Origin: an uncultured Candidatus Binatia bacterium
GTDB taxonomy: Bacteria; Desulfobacterota; Binatia; Bin18
Assembly (NCBI GenBank): GCA_965200965.1
Contig: OZ241744.1
Location: 384,001-448,000 of the forward strand
Reading direction: 5' to 3'
Length of the DNA: 64,000 bases
The translations under genes were made by a program, and so were the position numbers. Under the pieces are notes generated by a model. That model was given only the letters and a program-made list of their open reading frames with translations, searched no databases and was not told the DNA's origin. Below, one piece after another: positions 41,416 through 52,526 of the stretch; the first letter of the stretch is position 1, and every line of letters begins with the position of its first letter.

Positions 41416-43311
41416 TCAATCGGTGGACGCCAGCCGGCGGCCGGACGTGCGTAATACGTCCCGCCCTCTGTCTGATATGGATACCCGTCGCTGCCAGATG
41501 CCGCGGGTGTGGACATAGCCGAGCCGCTCTAAGCGACTGACGACCGCTCCCAGGCTTGTGGTCTGAAGGCCCAGCGTCCGGCCTAGCTCGGGCAGTGTTG
41601 TGGCCTGATGGACGGTGTGTTGCAGGACGGCGAGCCCGAGCGGGTCTTCGGTGGCCGTGGCCGGTCCCTGCCATCCCTCGGGCGTGAGAGCCAGGCTGAA
41701 AAAATCCGGCCCCCGCAGCGACCGCCGTCGGACTAGTCCGTGCGCTACCAGGTCCTCGACCAGACCATGCGCCCGGCTGCTGTCCACGGCCAGGAAGTCG
41801 ATGAGTTCGACCATATGGGTGTAGCCGTGCCGCAAAAGTTTGAGCATCTGCCGGTGCGAGTCGTTCAATACGGCCACCGCTGAGCCTTGCGCAGCCTGAG
41901 GTTGGGCGAGGGAAATGCCCACGATGAGCGGCAGCATAAGCGCGGTGCCGATGATGACCGTGTGGGTTGACCAGGGGAGGAGGCCGAGCAGGCGCAAGCC
42001 CTCGTGGATGAGCATACCGATCATGCCCAGCAGAGCCGCCCAAAATGCGCTGGCCGCGGTCATGCCGGACCAACTCCGGCCAAAAAAGAAGACCAGGGCT
42101 GCCGGTCCCAACAGCGCACAGCTGATCCCTAGCAGCAGGTACGGGCCGCCCGGATAAAAGCTCATGGCCCAGATGGCCACTCCGGTCAGCACGGTCAGGA
42201 TACGGCCCATGCGCAAAGCCTCGGTGCTCGATGCCTCGGGCCGCAGGAAGCGCTGATAGATATCGCGCACCAGGGTGGCGGTGATGCCCATATGCGCATT
42301 GCTGGTCGTTGAGATGGTGGCGGCAAAGGCGGTCACCAGACCCACAACGGTCAGGCCGGGCGGAAAATCCCGCAGCAACATGCCGTAAGCACTCATCGGG
42401 TTCGCCTGAGCCAGGAACTCCTGGCGGTACAGGCTGCCGGCGTACAGACCCAGCACACCCAGGGCGGCGTGGACGACCACGGCCACCAGTATGCCACCAA
42501 TCAGATATTGGTAGCAGGCTACTGCTTCGGTTCGAGCCGAGGCCGCCCGCAGCCAGTAGTAATTCCCACCCCACTGGATAAACATGCCGAGGACGAAAAA
42601 GACCGTCAGCATGCTCGGGTAGCTGAGTTGGAACACCGGAAATGTGCCGTGTATACCCTGGCTCAGCGGGGAATTGGTCACAAACGCGGTCTGAATGCTG
42701 TCCCGGCCGCCAAAGGTCCAGACGCAATACCCGGCCAGTGCTGGAACGAGGAGAAAGCCGAGCACCACCTGGACCACATCGGTCAGCGTTAAGGCCCACA
42801 GGCCGCCCAAGATGATGAAGATCACATGACCGAGCAGCACCAGGCTGATCATCAGCCACAGGGGGGCGTCCAGAAAGCCGACCAGAATGAGAGCCATAGC
42901 CACAATGTTCATGGCCACGACTCCGGTCAGGCCGATCAGCGAGGCAATGCTGACGACGAGCCGGGTGCGGGCGTCAAAGCGGACTTCCAGCCACTCGGGC
43001 AGGGTATAGGCCCCGCTGCGGCGGATGTAGGGACTGGCCAGCAGACCGTAGATACTGTAGCCGAGCAGCATCGGCAGGGTGACGCCCCAGAGCCAGCCCA
43101 CGAAACCGTACTGGATCGTCAGGCCAGGAATGATGCTGGTCACACTGCCGGCAAAGGCCACCCCGCAGATGCCGGCCACCCCGGGAATGATACTCACCTG
43201 GCGGCCGGCCAGCAGGTAGTCGGAATCGGTCGTTACCCAGCGTTTGGCGTACCAGCCCAAAAACCACAGCAGGGCGATAAAGATCAGGACGGAGATGCCG
43301 GAGAGAAGCAT
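41416..43311 (-). CDS. Sodium:solute symporter fused to two C-terminal winged-helix-like domains
   Basis: DYLLAGR; TLPEWLEVRFD; GGLWALTLTDVVQ; AATIST; RDIYQRF; soluble tail with two wHTH-like repeats. Confidence 0.8.
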   Translation of the reverse strand: MLLSGISVLIFIALLWFLGWYAKRWVTTDSDYLLAGRQVSIIPGVAGICGVAFAGSVTSIIPGLTIQYGFVGWLWGVTLPMLLGYSIYGLLASPYIRRSGAYTLPEWLEVRFDARTRLVVSIASLIGLTGVVAMNIVAMALILVGFLDAPLWLMISLVLLGHVIFIILGGLWALTLTDVVQVVLGFLLVPALAGYCVWTFGGRDSIQTAFVTNSPLSQGIHGTFPVFQLSYPSMLTVFFVLGMFIQWGGNYYWLRAASARTEAVACYQYLIGGILVAVVVHAALGVLGLYAGSLYRQEFLAQANPMSAYGMLLRDFPPGLTVVGLVTAFAATISTTSNAHMGITATLVRDIYQRFLRPEASSTEALRMGRILTVLTGVAIWAMSFYPGGPYLLLGISCALLGPAALVFFFGRSWSGMTAASAFWAALLGMIGMLIHEGLRLLGLLPWSTHTVIIGTALMLPLIVGISLAQPQAAQGSAVAVLNDSHRQMLKLLRHGYTHMVELIDFLAVDSSRAHGLVEDLVAHGLVRRRSLRGPDFFSLALTPEGWQGPATATEDPLGLAVLQHTVHQATTLPELGRTLGLQTTSLGAVVSRLERLGYVHTRGIWQRRVSISDRGRDVLRTSGRRLASTD

Positions 43312-43334
43312 GACGATACCTTGCCGGCCGGGGC

Positions 43335-43940
43335 CTAATGTGACACCCGGGCGCGGGACTGGTCAACATAGCGTTGCAGCATCATCTGCATCGTCTCAGC
43401 CGGCTGAATGCCAATCAGGGGGAACTCGCCAAGCATGAAGGTCGGATAGCCGACGACGCCGAAGGCGCTCGCCTCGGCTTCGGTCTCTTGCACCCGTTGG
43501 CTGAAGGTTCCGGCCCGCAGGGCGTCTTCAAACTCGGCGACGGGGAGTTCGAGAGCTTCAACTACCTCAAGCAAGGTCGCCCGCTCGCCAATATCCCGGC
43601 CCGCCTCGTATATCGCGCTGAACAGGCTGTGGTGGTAGGCGACAAACCTGCCCTGAGCCCTGGCAAACTCCGCCCCTTCGAGGGCGGCGGCCGAGTCGAG
43701 CCAGCGGTCCGGCACCCGCAGTTCAACTCCGGTCTCACGCGCAACCCGGAGAATTTTGCCTCTGGCTTCATCACCGATCATTTCGCCGTTCTTCCAGCCG
43801 TGGTGGCGGCGCGTGATCTGGACGCCTTTCCACAGCAGCTCAATGTCGAGTTGGCCGTCGAGCTGTTCCATCACCTTTTTGGCTATATAACACAGGGATG
43901 ACGCAAAGTCGTAATAGATTGGGATGATGACCCTGGGCAT
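43335..43940 (-). CDS. DsbA/FrnE-like thioredoxin-fold protein
   Basis: [10 protein letters not shown]; GVVGYPTF; GIQP. Confidence 0.8.
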   Translation of the reverse strand: MPRVIIPIYYDFASSLCYIAKKVMEQLDGQLDIELLWKGVQITRRHHGWKNGEMIGDEARGKILRVARETGVELRVPDRWLDSAAALEGAEFARAQGRFVAYHHSLFSAIYEAGRDIGERATLLEVVEALELPVAEFEDALRAGTFSQRVQETEAEASAFGVVGYPTFMLGEFPLIGIQPAETMQMMLQRYVDQSRARVSH

Positions 43941-44060
43941 TGGGGGATTCCTCGCGCTGGCTCGTCGCACACTACCGCCCGGAGCGTTGCCCCGGCAAGA
44001 GGTGTGGCCTGGACGCTGGAATTGTCTGGAATCATCGGCCCTCCGTGGAGAAGGATCGCC

Positions 44061-45101
44061 ATGAAAGTCGGACTTGTTGGGTTTGCCCGGTGTGGAAAAA
44101 CGACGATTTTTAACGCCCTGACCGGGCTGAGTGCCGATGTCGGCGGTTTTGATGCACGGGCGGCCATCGCGGTCGTCAAAGTCCCCGACCCGCGGGTTGA
44201 CGCCCTGGCCGACATCGTTACACCAGAGCAAAAAAAGTACGCCGAGGTCAGCTTTCTCGATTTTCCGCCCTCGGCAGAGCGAAAGGCCGCGCTCGATACC
44301 CGCTCGCTGGCCCAGATGCGCGAGCTTGAAGCCTTGGCCCAGGTGGTGCGGGCTTTTGATGACCCTGCGGCGACCGTGCTGGCCGACCCGCTGCGCGATT
44401 TGCGCGGGTTTCACGCTGAGTTGATTCTGGCCGACATGGGCGTTGTTGAGAAACGCCTTGAACGCCTGCGCAAAGAGCGGGGCAGGGAGCGCGAGCAAGC
44501 GCTGTTAGAAAAGTGTTCCCGCATCCTGGAACAGGAGAAACCGCTGCGCGGGGAGTCCTTCCTGCCCGAGGAGCAGCTCGCCTTGGCCGGCTTTGCCTTG
44601 CTGAGCCACAAGCCGCTGCTCGTGGTCTACAATGTTGAGGAGCGCGCGTTGCAGAGCCCCCTGCCGGCGGACATTGCCGCCTATGCCGAAGACAACGGTC
44701 TGCGCATTATTCCTGTCTGCGGCAAGCTTGAGATGGAGATTGCTCAGCTTGACGAAGACGAGCGCGACCTGTTTGTGGCCGACCTCGGGCTGGAGCAGTC
44801 GGCCCGTGACCGCTTTATTCGGGCTGCCTATGCAACTCTCAATCTGCTGAGCTTTTTTACCGCCGGACCGAGCGAAGCCCGCGCCTGGACCGTCACGCGG
44901 GGGACGACCGCGGTCAGGGCGGCGGGGAAGATTCACTCGGATATCGAGCGTGGCTTTATCCGGGCCGAGGTCATTGACTACAACGATTATCTGACCTGCC
45001 GGGGCGAGGTCGGCTGTCGACAGGCCGGCAAGATGCGCCTTGAGGGCAAGGACTATGTGGTGCGCGATGGGGATGTGGTGCATTTTCGGTTTAAGGTCTA
45101 G
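44061..45101 (+). CDS. ychF: Redox-regulated ATPase YchF
   Basis: VKVPDPRV; FFTAG; [17 protein letters not shown]; [12 protein letters not shown]. Confidence 0.92.
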   Translation: MKVGLVGFARCGKTTIFNALTGLSADVGGFDARAAIAVVKVPDPRVDALADIVTPEQKKYAEVSFLDFPPSAERKAALDTRSLAQMRELEALAQVVRAFDDPAATVLADPLRDLRGFHAELILADMGVVEKRLERLRKERGREREQALLEKCSRILEQEKPLRGESFLPEEQLALAGFALLSHKPLLVVYNVEERALQSPLPADIAAYAEDNGLRIIPVCGKLEMEIAQLDEDERDLFVADLGLEQSARDRFIRAAYATLNLLSFFTAGPSEARAWTVTRGTTAVRAAGKIHSDIERGFIRAEVIDYNDYLTCRGEVGCRQAGKMRLEGKDYVVRDGDVVHFRFKV

Positions 45102-46162
45102 GCCGACTGCTGGGCGTAGTCCTGGCGGTAGATTTTGACAAACGCCATAATCGTTCCGAGGACGACCGGCCCGAGGAACATCCCCAGAAATCCATACGCT
45201 TGCAGCCCGCCCAGAATCCCGAAGAACAGAAACACGGTCGGCAGCTTGGCCCGCCCACCGATGATGAGCGGCTTCAGAAAATTATCTACCATGCTGATCA
45301 CCAACGTGCCGTACAGCAGCAGGCCGATTGCCTGGCCCCACAGGCCGGAGATGGCCAGATAGGCCGCGCAGGGCAGCCACACCGCGGCGGCCCCGCCTAT
45401 TGGCAGCATGGCACAAAAGGCCGACAGACAGGCCAGAAAAAAGCTGAACGACAGATCGACCGCCCAAAACCCAATCCCGGCCAGCACGCCCTGGGTCGCC
45501 GCGGTGGCGACCATGCCCTGGACCACCGCTGACACGGTGTCGTACAGCCGGGTGAAAATCGCCTCCTTATGGCCCGGCTCCATCGGCAGCAGGTCGCGGA
45601 TAGTGTGATACAGTTCCTCGCCGTCCCGGAACAGAAAAAACAGGCTGAAGCTCATCACCACAAAGCCGAAGAGAAAGCGGAACACATTTTGGGCCACGTT
45701 TCTCAATTGTTCCAGGATGTACTGACTCAAGGCGTTAGCACCCGCCAGCACCAGCCCCGGCAGGTCAATATCAAAGGCTTCGACCTGTGGCCCCCAGCTT
45801 TGCCACACCTGGCCCAGAGACGTATCCTGCCATCTCGACAGGGTGCGTTGCAGCTCGCCCGACTGCACGGCCTGGCGGACCTGGCGATAGAACTCGGCCA
45901 CCTCCTGGGCCAGCACGCCGGAGAACAGCACAACCGGAACCGCAACCAGCATCACCACAAAGAGCGTCATGCCCAGCGCGGCCAGCGTGCGCTGGCCCCG
46001 ACACAGGCGCAACACCAGTCTGTAGAGGGGATAGAAGGTCAGGACCAGAATGACGGTCCACACGAGTGGGACTAAGAAGATCGCAAACAGGGCGTAGAGT
46101 TGAAACAGGAGAAAGATAAAGGCGGCAAAGAAAAACGCGGCAAACAACAGTTGTCGATTCAC
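45098..46162 (-). CDS. AI-2E family transporter
   Basis: Multi-TM; DNFLKPLIIG; GGLQAYGFLGMFLGP. Confidence 0.9.
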   Translation of the reverse strand: MNRQLLFAAFFFAAFIFLLFQLYALFAIFLVPLVWTVILVLTFYPLYRLVLRLCRGQRTLAALGMTLFVVMLVAVPVVLFSGVLAQEVAEFYRQVRQAVQSGELQRTLSRWQDTSLGQVWQSWGPQVEAFDIDLPGLVLAGANALSQYILEQLRNVAQNVFRFLFGFVVMSFSLFFLFRDGEELYHTIRDLLPMEPGHKEAIFTRLYDTVSAVVQGMVATAATQGVLAGIGFWAVDLSFSFFLACLSAFCAMLPIGGAAAVWLPCAAYLAISGLWGQAIGLLLYGTLVISMVDNFLKPLIIGGRAKLPTVFLFFGILGGLQAYGFLGMFLGPVVLGTIMAFVKIYRQDYAQQSA

Positions 46163-46317
46163 GGCAGAATTGTCGTCTACTTGCGGCGCGCTTGCAAGGC
46201 CGGGCCGTGTGCAGCATATGTCCCCCCGAGCAAAGCGAGCGGCGCTTGGGCCTGTCCAGCCTCTTTCATTCCCCCTCGCCCTCCTGTAGCCTGTGACACC
46301 CGATGAGGATCAGACGA

Positions 46318-47941
46318 ATGCCTGAGCTGCAAAACGCCCCCGCTGTCCCTTCTCCTGTCCGGTGGAACCGCCTGATGAGGGACGGTAATCTGTACGCGGT
46401 GGCCTGCATCTGTCTGCTTCTCGTTGCCGCCGGCCTGCGCTTCTACGATCTGTCAGAACGTACTTTGTGGTATGACGAGGCTGTAGCGGCCAATAATTCA
46501 AATGGTACATTGAGACAGGCCGTCTTCTATACTCGCCATGGCAATACCTCGCCGATACTCTACCCCCTTATCTTGTGGGTGATTCAGAAAGTCGAAAGCT
46601 CGCCGTTCAGCGTGCGTATGGTGCCGGCCGCGGCGGGCGTTCTGATGATAGCAACGCTTCTCTTCCTGCTGCCCCGCGTCGGCGTCAGCCGCAGGGCCGC
46701 GTTTCTAGCGGCCCTGCTGGCGACTGGTTCCAGCGGGGCAGTAGGCGAAGCCCGAGAGGTGCGGGAATATTCTGTTGACGCGCTCGTGGCCGCGCTGCTG
46801 ATAATCGGCCTGCTGGCACATCTCAGAATCGGGGGGGGGGGCAAGAAAGAGCGCTCTCCTGTGCGTGTCTCTCTTTGTAGCGCCCTTGGTTCAGTATGGC
46901 TTGGTTCTTTTCAGCCTCGCAGTCATTGCGACTGGCGGAGTTGAGCGATTTGTATTATTCCAAAGAGAAGCGGGGTCACGCACGAGGCGGCCGCGTTCCA
47001 GCAGGCGGAGGAGGCGGCCTGCTGCCGGTTTGATGTGGATATGTAAAGACCTTTGCCTGCCCGGCGTGTGCTTCGCCGTGGGATGCGCCATAAGCTGGAT
47101 GATTACCTTGCGTTTTCAATTAGATGAGCGCGAGCGGGTCATGGGCTACTTGTCAAGATATTATTACGAGGGAGCCTGGAATGATATCAGGGCGATTCTC
47201 GATTTTGCGCTCTCTCGAACATGGGATCTGTTGACGTGGAGCCTATCGGAAATAGGCTCGATAGTGGCTCTGACCGCGTTGGGGACGGCGTTCCTCATCG
47301 CCGCCTTCAGGCGCTTGCGCGTTGGGACGCTTCCGCTCCTGTTCGCGTTTTCCCTTGCAATAGCAGTGTCCGCGGCGGTGCTGCGGCTGTACCCTCTCAG
47401 TGACACACGTCACTCAGTGCATTTGGCCCCTGTCATTTTCGTGACCTGTGGTCAAGCGATTCATTTCGTGGCGATCAATCTGCCTTTGCTCGCGCGCCGG
47501 GCCTGGGTGGCTTTGACTGTGGGGCTAATCGTCCTCGCCCAGGCAAATACCCTCATTGGCAGCAGTGTATACCAACCCCGTAGAGAGAACAAAGCTGTGC
47601 TCCGTATTCTGGAAGAGAGGGTGACGAGAGATGATATAGTGTATATATCCGCCGGTTCAGTTCCGACCATATTGTTTTATCAAAAAGAGAGACGGGGCAA
47701 TTACTACTACGGAAGTCGCTGCACCTGGGGAGGAGCCGAAGCATGTATACAGGAATTGCTCAAGCTCCCCCAGGACAGGAGAGTCTGGTTAGTTTTTCTC
47801 CAGGAGGGAGGCATAATAATACAGAAAGAATTGGAGCGCCTGGAAGAACGAGGGGATGTTGAGCGCATCGTGACTGATCTCTGGCTTACTTCCAATATCC
47901 ACTCGGTCGCGGAAGTCAGCCTGGAGGGCTCACCGGAATGA
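46318..47941 (+). pseudogene. GT-C (PMT/GT39-like) membrane glycosyltransferase frameshifted at a G11 tract
   Basis: LRFYDL...LWYDEA; PILYP; VRM; AREVREYS; frames join if the G11 at 46831-46841 becomes G10. Confidence 0.75.
46831..46841 (+). repeat. G11 homopolymer at the frameshift
   Basis: atc GGGGGGGGGGG caagaaag. Confidence 0.9.
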
Positions 47942-49281
47942 CCAAGCCCTCCCGGCCCCATATCGCGGTTATCGGCGGCGGCTTCTGTGGTCTGGCCGCG
48001 GCTTATGAACTCGGCCGGCTGGGTATCCGCGCCACTGTGCTGGAGCGCGAGGCCGAAGTCGGCGGGCTGGCCGGCAGCTTTGCCGTCGGCGGTACGCGCT
48101 TGGAGAAATTCTACCACCACTGGTACGCCCATGAGGCCCACGTCAGGCAGCTCATTGAGGAGTTGGGTACCGCGGACCGGGTGCTGTTGCGCCCTATACG
48201 CACCGGCACCTACTACGCCCACTCCTTCTTCAAGCTCTCAACGCCGCTGGACCTCCTGCGCTTCTCGGCCCTGCCGTTCCCGGACCGCATCCGGCTCGGG
48301 CTGCTGGTCTTGCGTTCGCGCTGGGTGCGGGACTGGCGCAGCCTTGAAGACCGCACGGCCGCGGACTGGCTGCGGGAGATGGGCGGCGAACGGGTCTATC
48401 GGGTGGTCTGGGAGCCGCTCCTGCGGGGGAAGTTCGGCGACTTGGCGGAAGAAGTCGCCGCGGTCTGGTTCTGGAACAAGCTCAAGCTGCGGGGCGGCAG
48501 CCGCGGCAAGGGCGGAGCGGAACAGCTCGCCTACTATCGGGGCGGCTTTGCCGCGCTGGCCGAGACGCTGGCCGAAGCCATCCGGGCCGCTGGCGGAGAG
48601 ATCCGCACCAGCACCCAGGCCGTCGGCTTGCAGGGAGCGGCCGGCCGGGTGACCGGAGTGGTCACGCCAGAAGCGGTCCTGGGTGCCGACGGGGTGATTG
48701 CGACGACGGCGTTGCCAATTGTCGCCGACCTTGTTGAACCGCATGTCCCGGGCGCGTATGTCAAGCACCTGCGGCGCATCCGCTACTTGGCCAATGTGTG
48801 TGTTGTCCTGGAACTGGACCGCAGTCTGTCAGACCTGTACTGGCTGAACATCAACGACCCCGGCTTCCCCTTTGTCGGGGCCATTGAGCACACCAATTTT
48901 GAACCGGCCTCAACCTACGCCGGCCGGCATATCGTATACCTGTCGCGCTATCTGCCCGAGACCGACCCTTTTTACCACATGCCAGAGCCGGCCGCGGTCG
49001 CCTTTACCCTTGACCATCTGCGGCGGATGTTCCCCGAGCTGACGGACGATTGGGTCCTGGCTGCCCACATCTGGCGCGCCCGCTACGCGCAACCCGTGGT
49101 TGAGCGGGGCTATCGTCGGCTGATTCCAGGGACGCGCACACCGGTGGCGAACCTGTGGCTGGCGAGCATGGCGCAGGTCTATCCACAGGACCGGGGCACG
49201 AACTATGCGATCCAACAGGGCCGGGAGCTTGCCCGCACGGTCGCCGCGGGTCTGGGTGCCGACTGTGTGGCCACGCCCTAG
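47938..49281 (+). CDS. FAD-dependent oxidoreductase (protoporphyrinogen oxidase-like family)
   Basis: IGGGFCGL; VGGLAG; LEKFYHH; IEHTNF; YPQDRGTNY. Confidence 0.85.
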   Translation: MTKPSRPHIAVIGGGFCGLAAAYELGRLGIRATVLEREAEVGGLAGSFAVGGTRLEKFYHHWYAHEAHVRQLIEELGTADRVLLRPIRTGTYYAHSFFKLSTPLDLLRFSALPFPDRIRLGLLVLRSRWVRDWRSLEDRTAADWLREMGGERVYRVVWEPLLRGKFGDLAEEVAAVWFWNKLKLRGGSRGKGGAEQLAYYRGGFAALAETLAEAIRAAGGEIRTSTQAVGLQGAAGRVTGVVTPEAVLGADGVIATTALPIVADLVEPHVPGAYVKHLRRIRYLANVCVVLELDRSLSDLYWLNINDPGFPFVGAIEHTNFEPASTYAGRHIVYLSRYLPETDPFYHMPEPAAVAFTLDHLRRMFPELTDDWVLAAHIWRARYAQPVVERGYRRLIPGTRTPVANLWLASMAQVYPQDRGTNYAIQQGRELARTVAAGLGADCVATP

Positions 49282-49700
49282 GCTGTCCGGGCAAACAACG
49301 CTTGCCACGCTCCCCCGGCCAGGGCGGCGATGAAATCCCGGTCGCCGGCCAGAAAGTCATAGTCGGGCAGATGCTGGGGTTTGACCCAGGCCACAGCTTC
49401 GAAGACCCGGTTGCGGGCGACCCCGGTGTATGACGGCACATGAAAAAAGGTGAGAGCAACACGGCGTCCGTTGGGATAGGGGTGCTGGGTGCGTAGCATC
49501 ACCCTGCCGATGGTGGCGGTGATGCCGAGTTCTTCTTGCAACTCGCGTCGCAGACAGGCCGCGGCGCTCTCGCCGTCCTCGGCCTTGCCGCCCGGAAATT
49601 CCCACTTGAGCCCCTGCTGAGCGTCGGCCCTCCGCTGGCAGATCAATATCCGTGAGCCACGGGTCAGTACGCCAACAGAGACACGAACAGCCCCGGCCAC
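49278..49700 (-). CDS. MutT-like NUDIX hydrolase
   Basis: WEFPGGKAEDGE...LRRELQEELG. Confidence 0.9.
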   Translation of the reverse strand: MAGAVRVSVGVLTRGSRILICQRRADAQQGLKWEFPGGKAEDGESAAACLRRELQEELGITATIGRVMLRTQHPYPNGRRVALTFFHVPSYTGVARNRVFEAVAWVKPQHLPDYDFLAGDRDFIAALAGGAWQALFARTA

Positions 49701-49703
49701 GGC

Positions 49704-50537
49704 CTAGTTGAGCTGCGCCATGGTGCGGACCATGATCGCTCGCACCGCCTTGGCGTCGTCGGCTTTCGGTGCCAACTGGAGGTAGCGCTGAAAGTCGCGC
49801 ACCGCTGACTGCTGATGACCCATGCGGTGATGGATGGCACCCCGGTCGCGGACCTCGACCGGGTGGTCGGGAGCCACCAACAGGATGCGCTCCACCACAC
49901 TCAGGGCACGCTCGAAGTCCTCTCTCTGGGTGTAAATCTGTTTCAGATTGCGCAACATACGCAGCAGAATATCTTTTTTACCGACCGGGGCGAGGAGCTT
50001 GGGGAGTTGATCAATGAACGGGTTGTGCGGGCCGTACATGCTCCGCAGTTTGTCCGCCATCTGCTCCTGGCTGACCGTGCCGCCACCCTGGAAGGGGTCA
50101 AGGACGGTCTCGCCGTCCGGCCCCTCGTACTTGACCACAAAGTGACCGGGAAAGCCGACCCCAACGAGCGGCACACCAAGACGCTTGCCAACCTCAATGT
50201 ACACCAGCGAGAGTGTAATCGGAATGCCGAGCTTGCGGTCAAGAACTTCATTGAGAAAACTGTTGCGCGGGTCGTGGTAGTCGGTCTGGTTGCCGGCCAA
50301 GCCCTCTTCCTGAAACAGGACCGTGTTCAGGGCCCGGATGATATCGGCAAGGCTTGGGGCTTCGGACAGGCGGGAACGGACGCTGGCCGCCAGCGCGTCG
50401 AGACGCTCGAGATAGGCCGCAATATCCAACTCGGGCTGTTCTTCCTGGGCGATCAACAGGGCGGCTTCGGCCAGATTCAGGTCTTCTTCCGGGCCGGACA
50501 CCAATTCTTTGAAACGGGCGCGGGCGGGTGAGGGCAT
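49704..50537 (-). CDS. SirB1/transglutaminase-like protein with TPR
   Basis: YHDPRNSFLNEVLDRKLGIPITLS; GVGFPGHF; RMLRNLK; RDRG. Confidence 0.9.
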   Translation of the reverse strand: MPSPARARFKELVSGPEEDLNLAEAALLIAQEEQPELDIAAYLERLDALAASVRSRLSEAPSLADIIRALNTVLFQEEGLAGNQTDYHDPRNSFLNEVLDRKLGIPITLSLVYIEVGKRLGVPLVGVGFPGHFVVKYEGPDGETVLDPFQGGGTVSQEQMADKLRSMYGPHNPFIDQLPKLLAPVGKKDILLRMLRNLKQIYTQREDFERALSVVERILLVAPDHPVEVRDRGAIHHRMGHQQSAVRDFQRYLQLAPKADDAKAVRAIMVRTMAQLN

Positions 50538-50657
50538 AGGCACCTCTCTTTTACTGTTTTTCTCCCTGTATACTGCTTTGGGCCTCGGGCGTGCAAGAGC
50601 AGGGAGCGCTTGTGTGTCGGCCCTGAGCCGGATACACCAACAGCACAGGAGGACGCG

Positions 50658-51938
50658 ATGGCACTGGCACGGATTCCACGCTATGCGGCAACGGGGATGA
50701 GTCTGCTCTCGTTTGACAGCCTGCCTTCGGGGGTGACGGCCGAGGTCGTGCCGCTCAAGGCTGCCGACCGGGGCGAGTCAAAAGGGGTGTTGTACACCCG
50801 GGGCGGAGAAAGAACGGTGGTGTGTCTGATGCACCCGCGGGCCGATATGAGCCGCCACTATGCGATTCCATCTCTGCTGGAGGCCGGCTATGCCGCGTTT
50901 GGCCAGGAGGGCCGCTGGCCCAATAATGACATTGCCTGTTTGCATGAGATGCTGCTGCCGGATATTGCGGCCGGGGTCAGCTATCTCAAACACGAACGGG
51001 GCTTTCAGCGCGTGGTGTTCATTGGCAACAGCGGGGGTGGCTCGCTGTACAGCTTCTATCAGGCCCAGGCGGTGACTCAGCCGCCCGGGCGGCTGACCGT
51101 GACCCCGGCCGGCGACCCCTACGACCTGAACCGCTTTGAGCTGCCGCCGGGCGACGGCCTGATTATGCTGGCCGCCCACCTCGGCGAGGGCACATTCATG
51201 CAGACGGCTCTTGATCCGTCGGTGACAGATGAGGACGACCCGCTGTCGTGCGACCCCGAGCTGGATATGTACAACCCGGCCAACGGCTTTCGTGAGCCGT
51301 CCCAGCCGAGTGTGTACAGCCCGGAGTTTGTCCAGCGCTACCGGGCCGCTCAGACCGCCCGGGTCGCCCGGATTGATGCCATTGCCAAACGTTTTATTGA
51401 AGAGCAGCGCTATTTTCGTGACCTGATACGCCAAGACAATTTTGACGGCCTCGCACTGGACACCCGCACCTTTATCAGCCGCCGGTCGCTGGTTGGCCGC
51501 TATATGGCAATCCATCGGACCGAAGCCAACCTGAGCTATACCGACCCGTCTCTTCACCCCTCAGCGCGTGACTATGGCTCGCTGTGGTCGCCCCGACCGG
51601 ACCTGTTTAATTATACGGAGGCCGGTTTTGCCAAATATCAGACCCCCCGGGCGTGGCTCAGCAACTGGTCGGGTTTGTCGGCTCATGCCTCGGTGCTGGA
51701 CACTATCTGTCAGGTGAGCATCCCCACCCTGGTCATCAACCATAGCGGCGACCATGCTATTTATCCGGCTGACTCTGAAGCCGCGTATCGCGCCTCCGCG
51801 GCCAGCGATAAACAACTCCACCACGTTGACGCCGATCATTTTGGCTATCCCCTGCCGTCCACACCCAACCGGGGCGGTCGCAACGCCTCGCTCAAGCTCA
51901 TTACGGAGTGGCTCAAAGAACGCTTCCCCGGCCGCTGA
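50658..51938 (+). CDS. Alpha/beta hydrolase fold protein
   Basis: GNSGGGS nucleophile elbow; IPTLVI; C-terminal ADH. Confidence 0.8.
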   Translation: MALARIPRYAATGMSLLSFDSLPSGVTAEVVPLKAADRGESKGVLYTRGGERTVVCLMHPRADMSRHYAIPSLLEAGYAAFGQEGRWPNNDIACLHEMLLPDIAAGVSYLKHERGFQRVVFIGNSGGGSLYSFYQAQAVTQPPGRLTVTPAGDPYDLNRFELPPGDGLIMLAAHLGEGTFMQTALDPSVTDEDDPLSCDPELDMYNPANGFREPSQPSVYSPEFVQRYRAAQTARVARIDAIAKRFIEEQRYFRDLIRQDNFDGLALDTRTFISRRSLVGRYMAIHRTEANLSYTDPSLHPSARDYGSLWSPRPDLFNYTEAGFAKYQTPRAWLSNWSGLSAHASVLDTICQVSIPTLVINHSGDHAIYPADSEAAYRASAASDKQLHHVDADHFGYPLPSTPNRGGRNASLKLITEWLKERFPGR

Positions 51939-52021
51939 AAAACCCCATTCCGCTCGCTTGACTTTGACCCGGCATCCGGCCTAGAGTCCAGGCAGACCAA
52001 GCACACCGGGAGGTACGCACT

Positions 52022-52420
52022 ATGAGCGCAGAAAACAACAAACAACTCATCCAGAACATGTTTGCCGAGCTGTCGAAGGGCAATGCCGAGGCCTTCCTGG
52101 GGAATATGGCCGATGATGTAGAGTTCACTCTTATCGGCTCAACCAGATACTCCGGGACGTTCAACGGCAAAAAAGAGTTGATCGAAAAGCTGCTCACTCC
52201 TCTCAGTACCCAGCTCGAGAGCGGTATCACCATTACCCCGAGCAATTTCATTGCCGATGGCGACTTTGTGGCCATGCAGGCCAAGGGCAAATCAACCACC
52301 AAGTCCGGCAAGCCGTATGACAACACCTACTGCCAAGTCTTTCAGGTGGTGAACGGGAAAGTCCAGCGGGTAACTGAGTATCTGGACACCGAGCTGGTGA
52401 CCGAGGCGTTTGGCAAGTAG
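52022..52420 (+). CDS. SnoaL/NTF2-like protein
   Basis: FIADGDFV; YDNTYC; EYLDT. Confidence 0.85.
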   Translation: MSAENNKQLIQNMFAELSKGNAEAFLGNMADDVEFTLIGSTRYSGTFNGKKELIEKLLTPLSTQLESGITITPSNFIADGDFVAMQAKGKSTTKSGKPYDNTYCQVFQVVNGKVQRVTEYLDTELVTEAFGK

Positions 52421-52526
52421 GCCGGCTTTCTCCTCCCCCAGAGGGCGGGAGGCCCGGCCTGACGGCGGCTTCGTGACCAGCAGTGAGCGGCTGGGGGGAA
52501 CCTTTCTCCAGCGTGGATGGAGGGGT

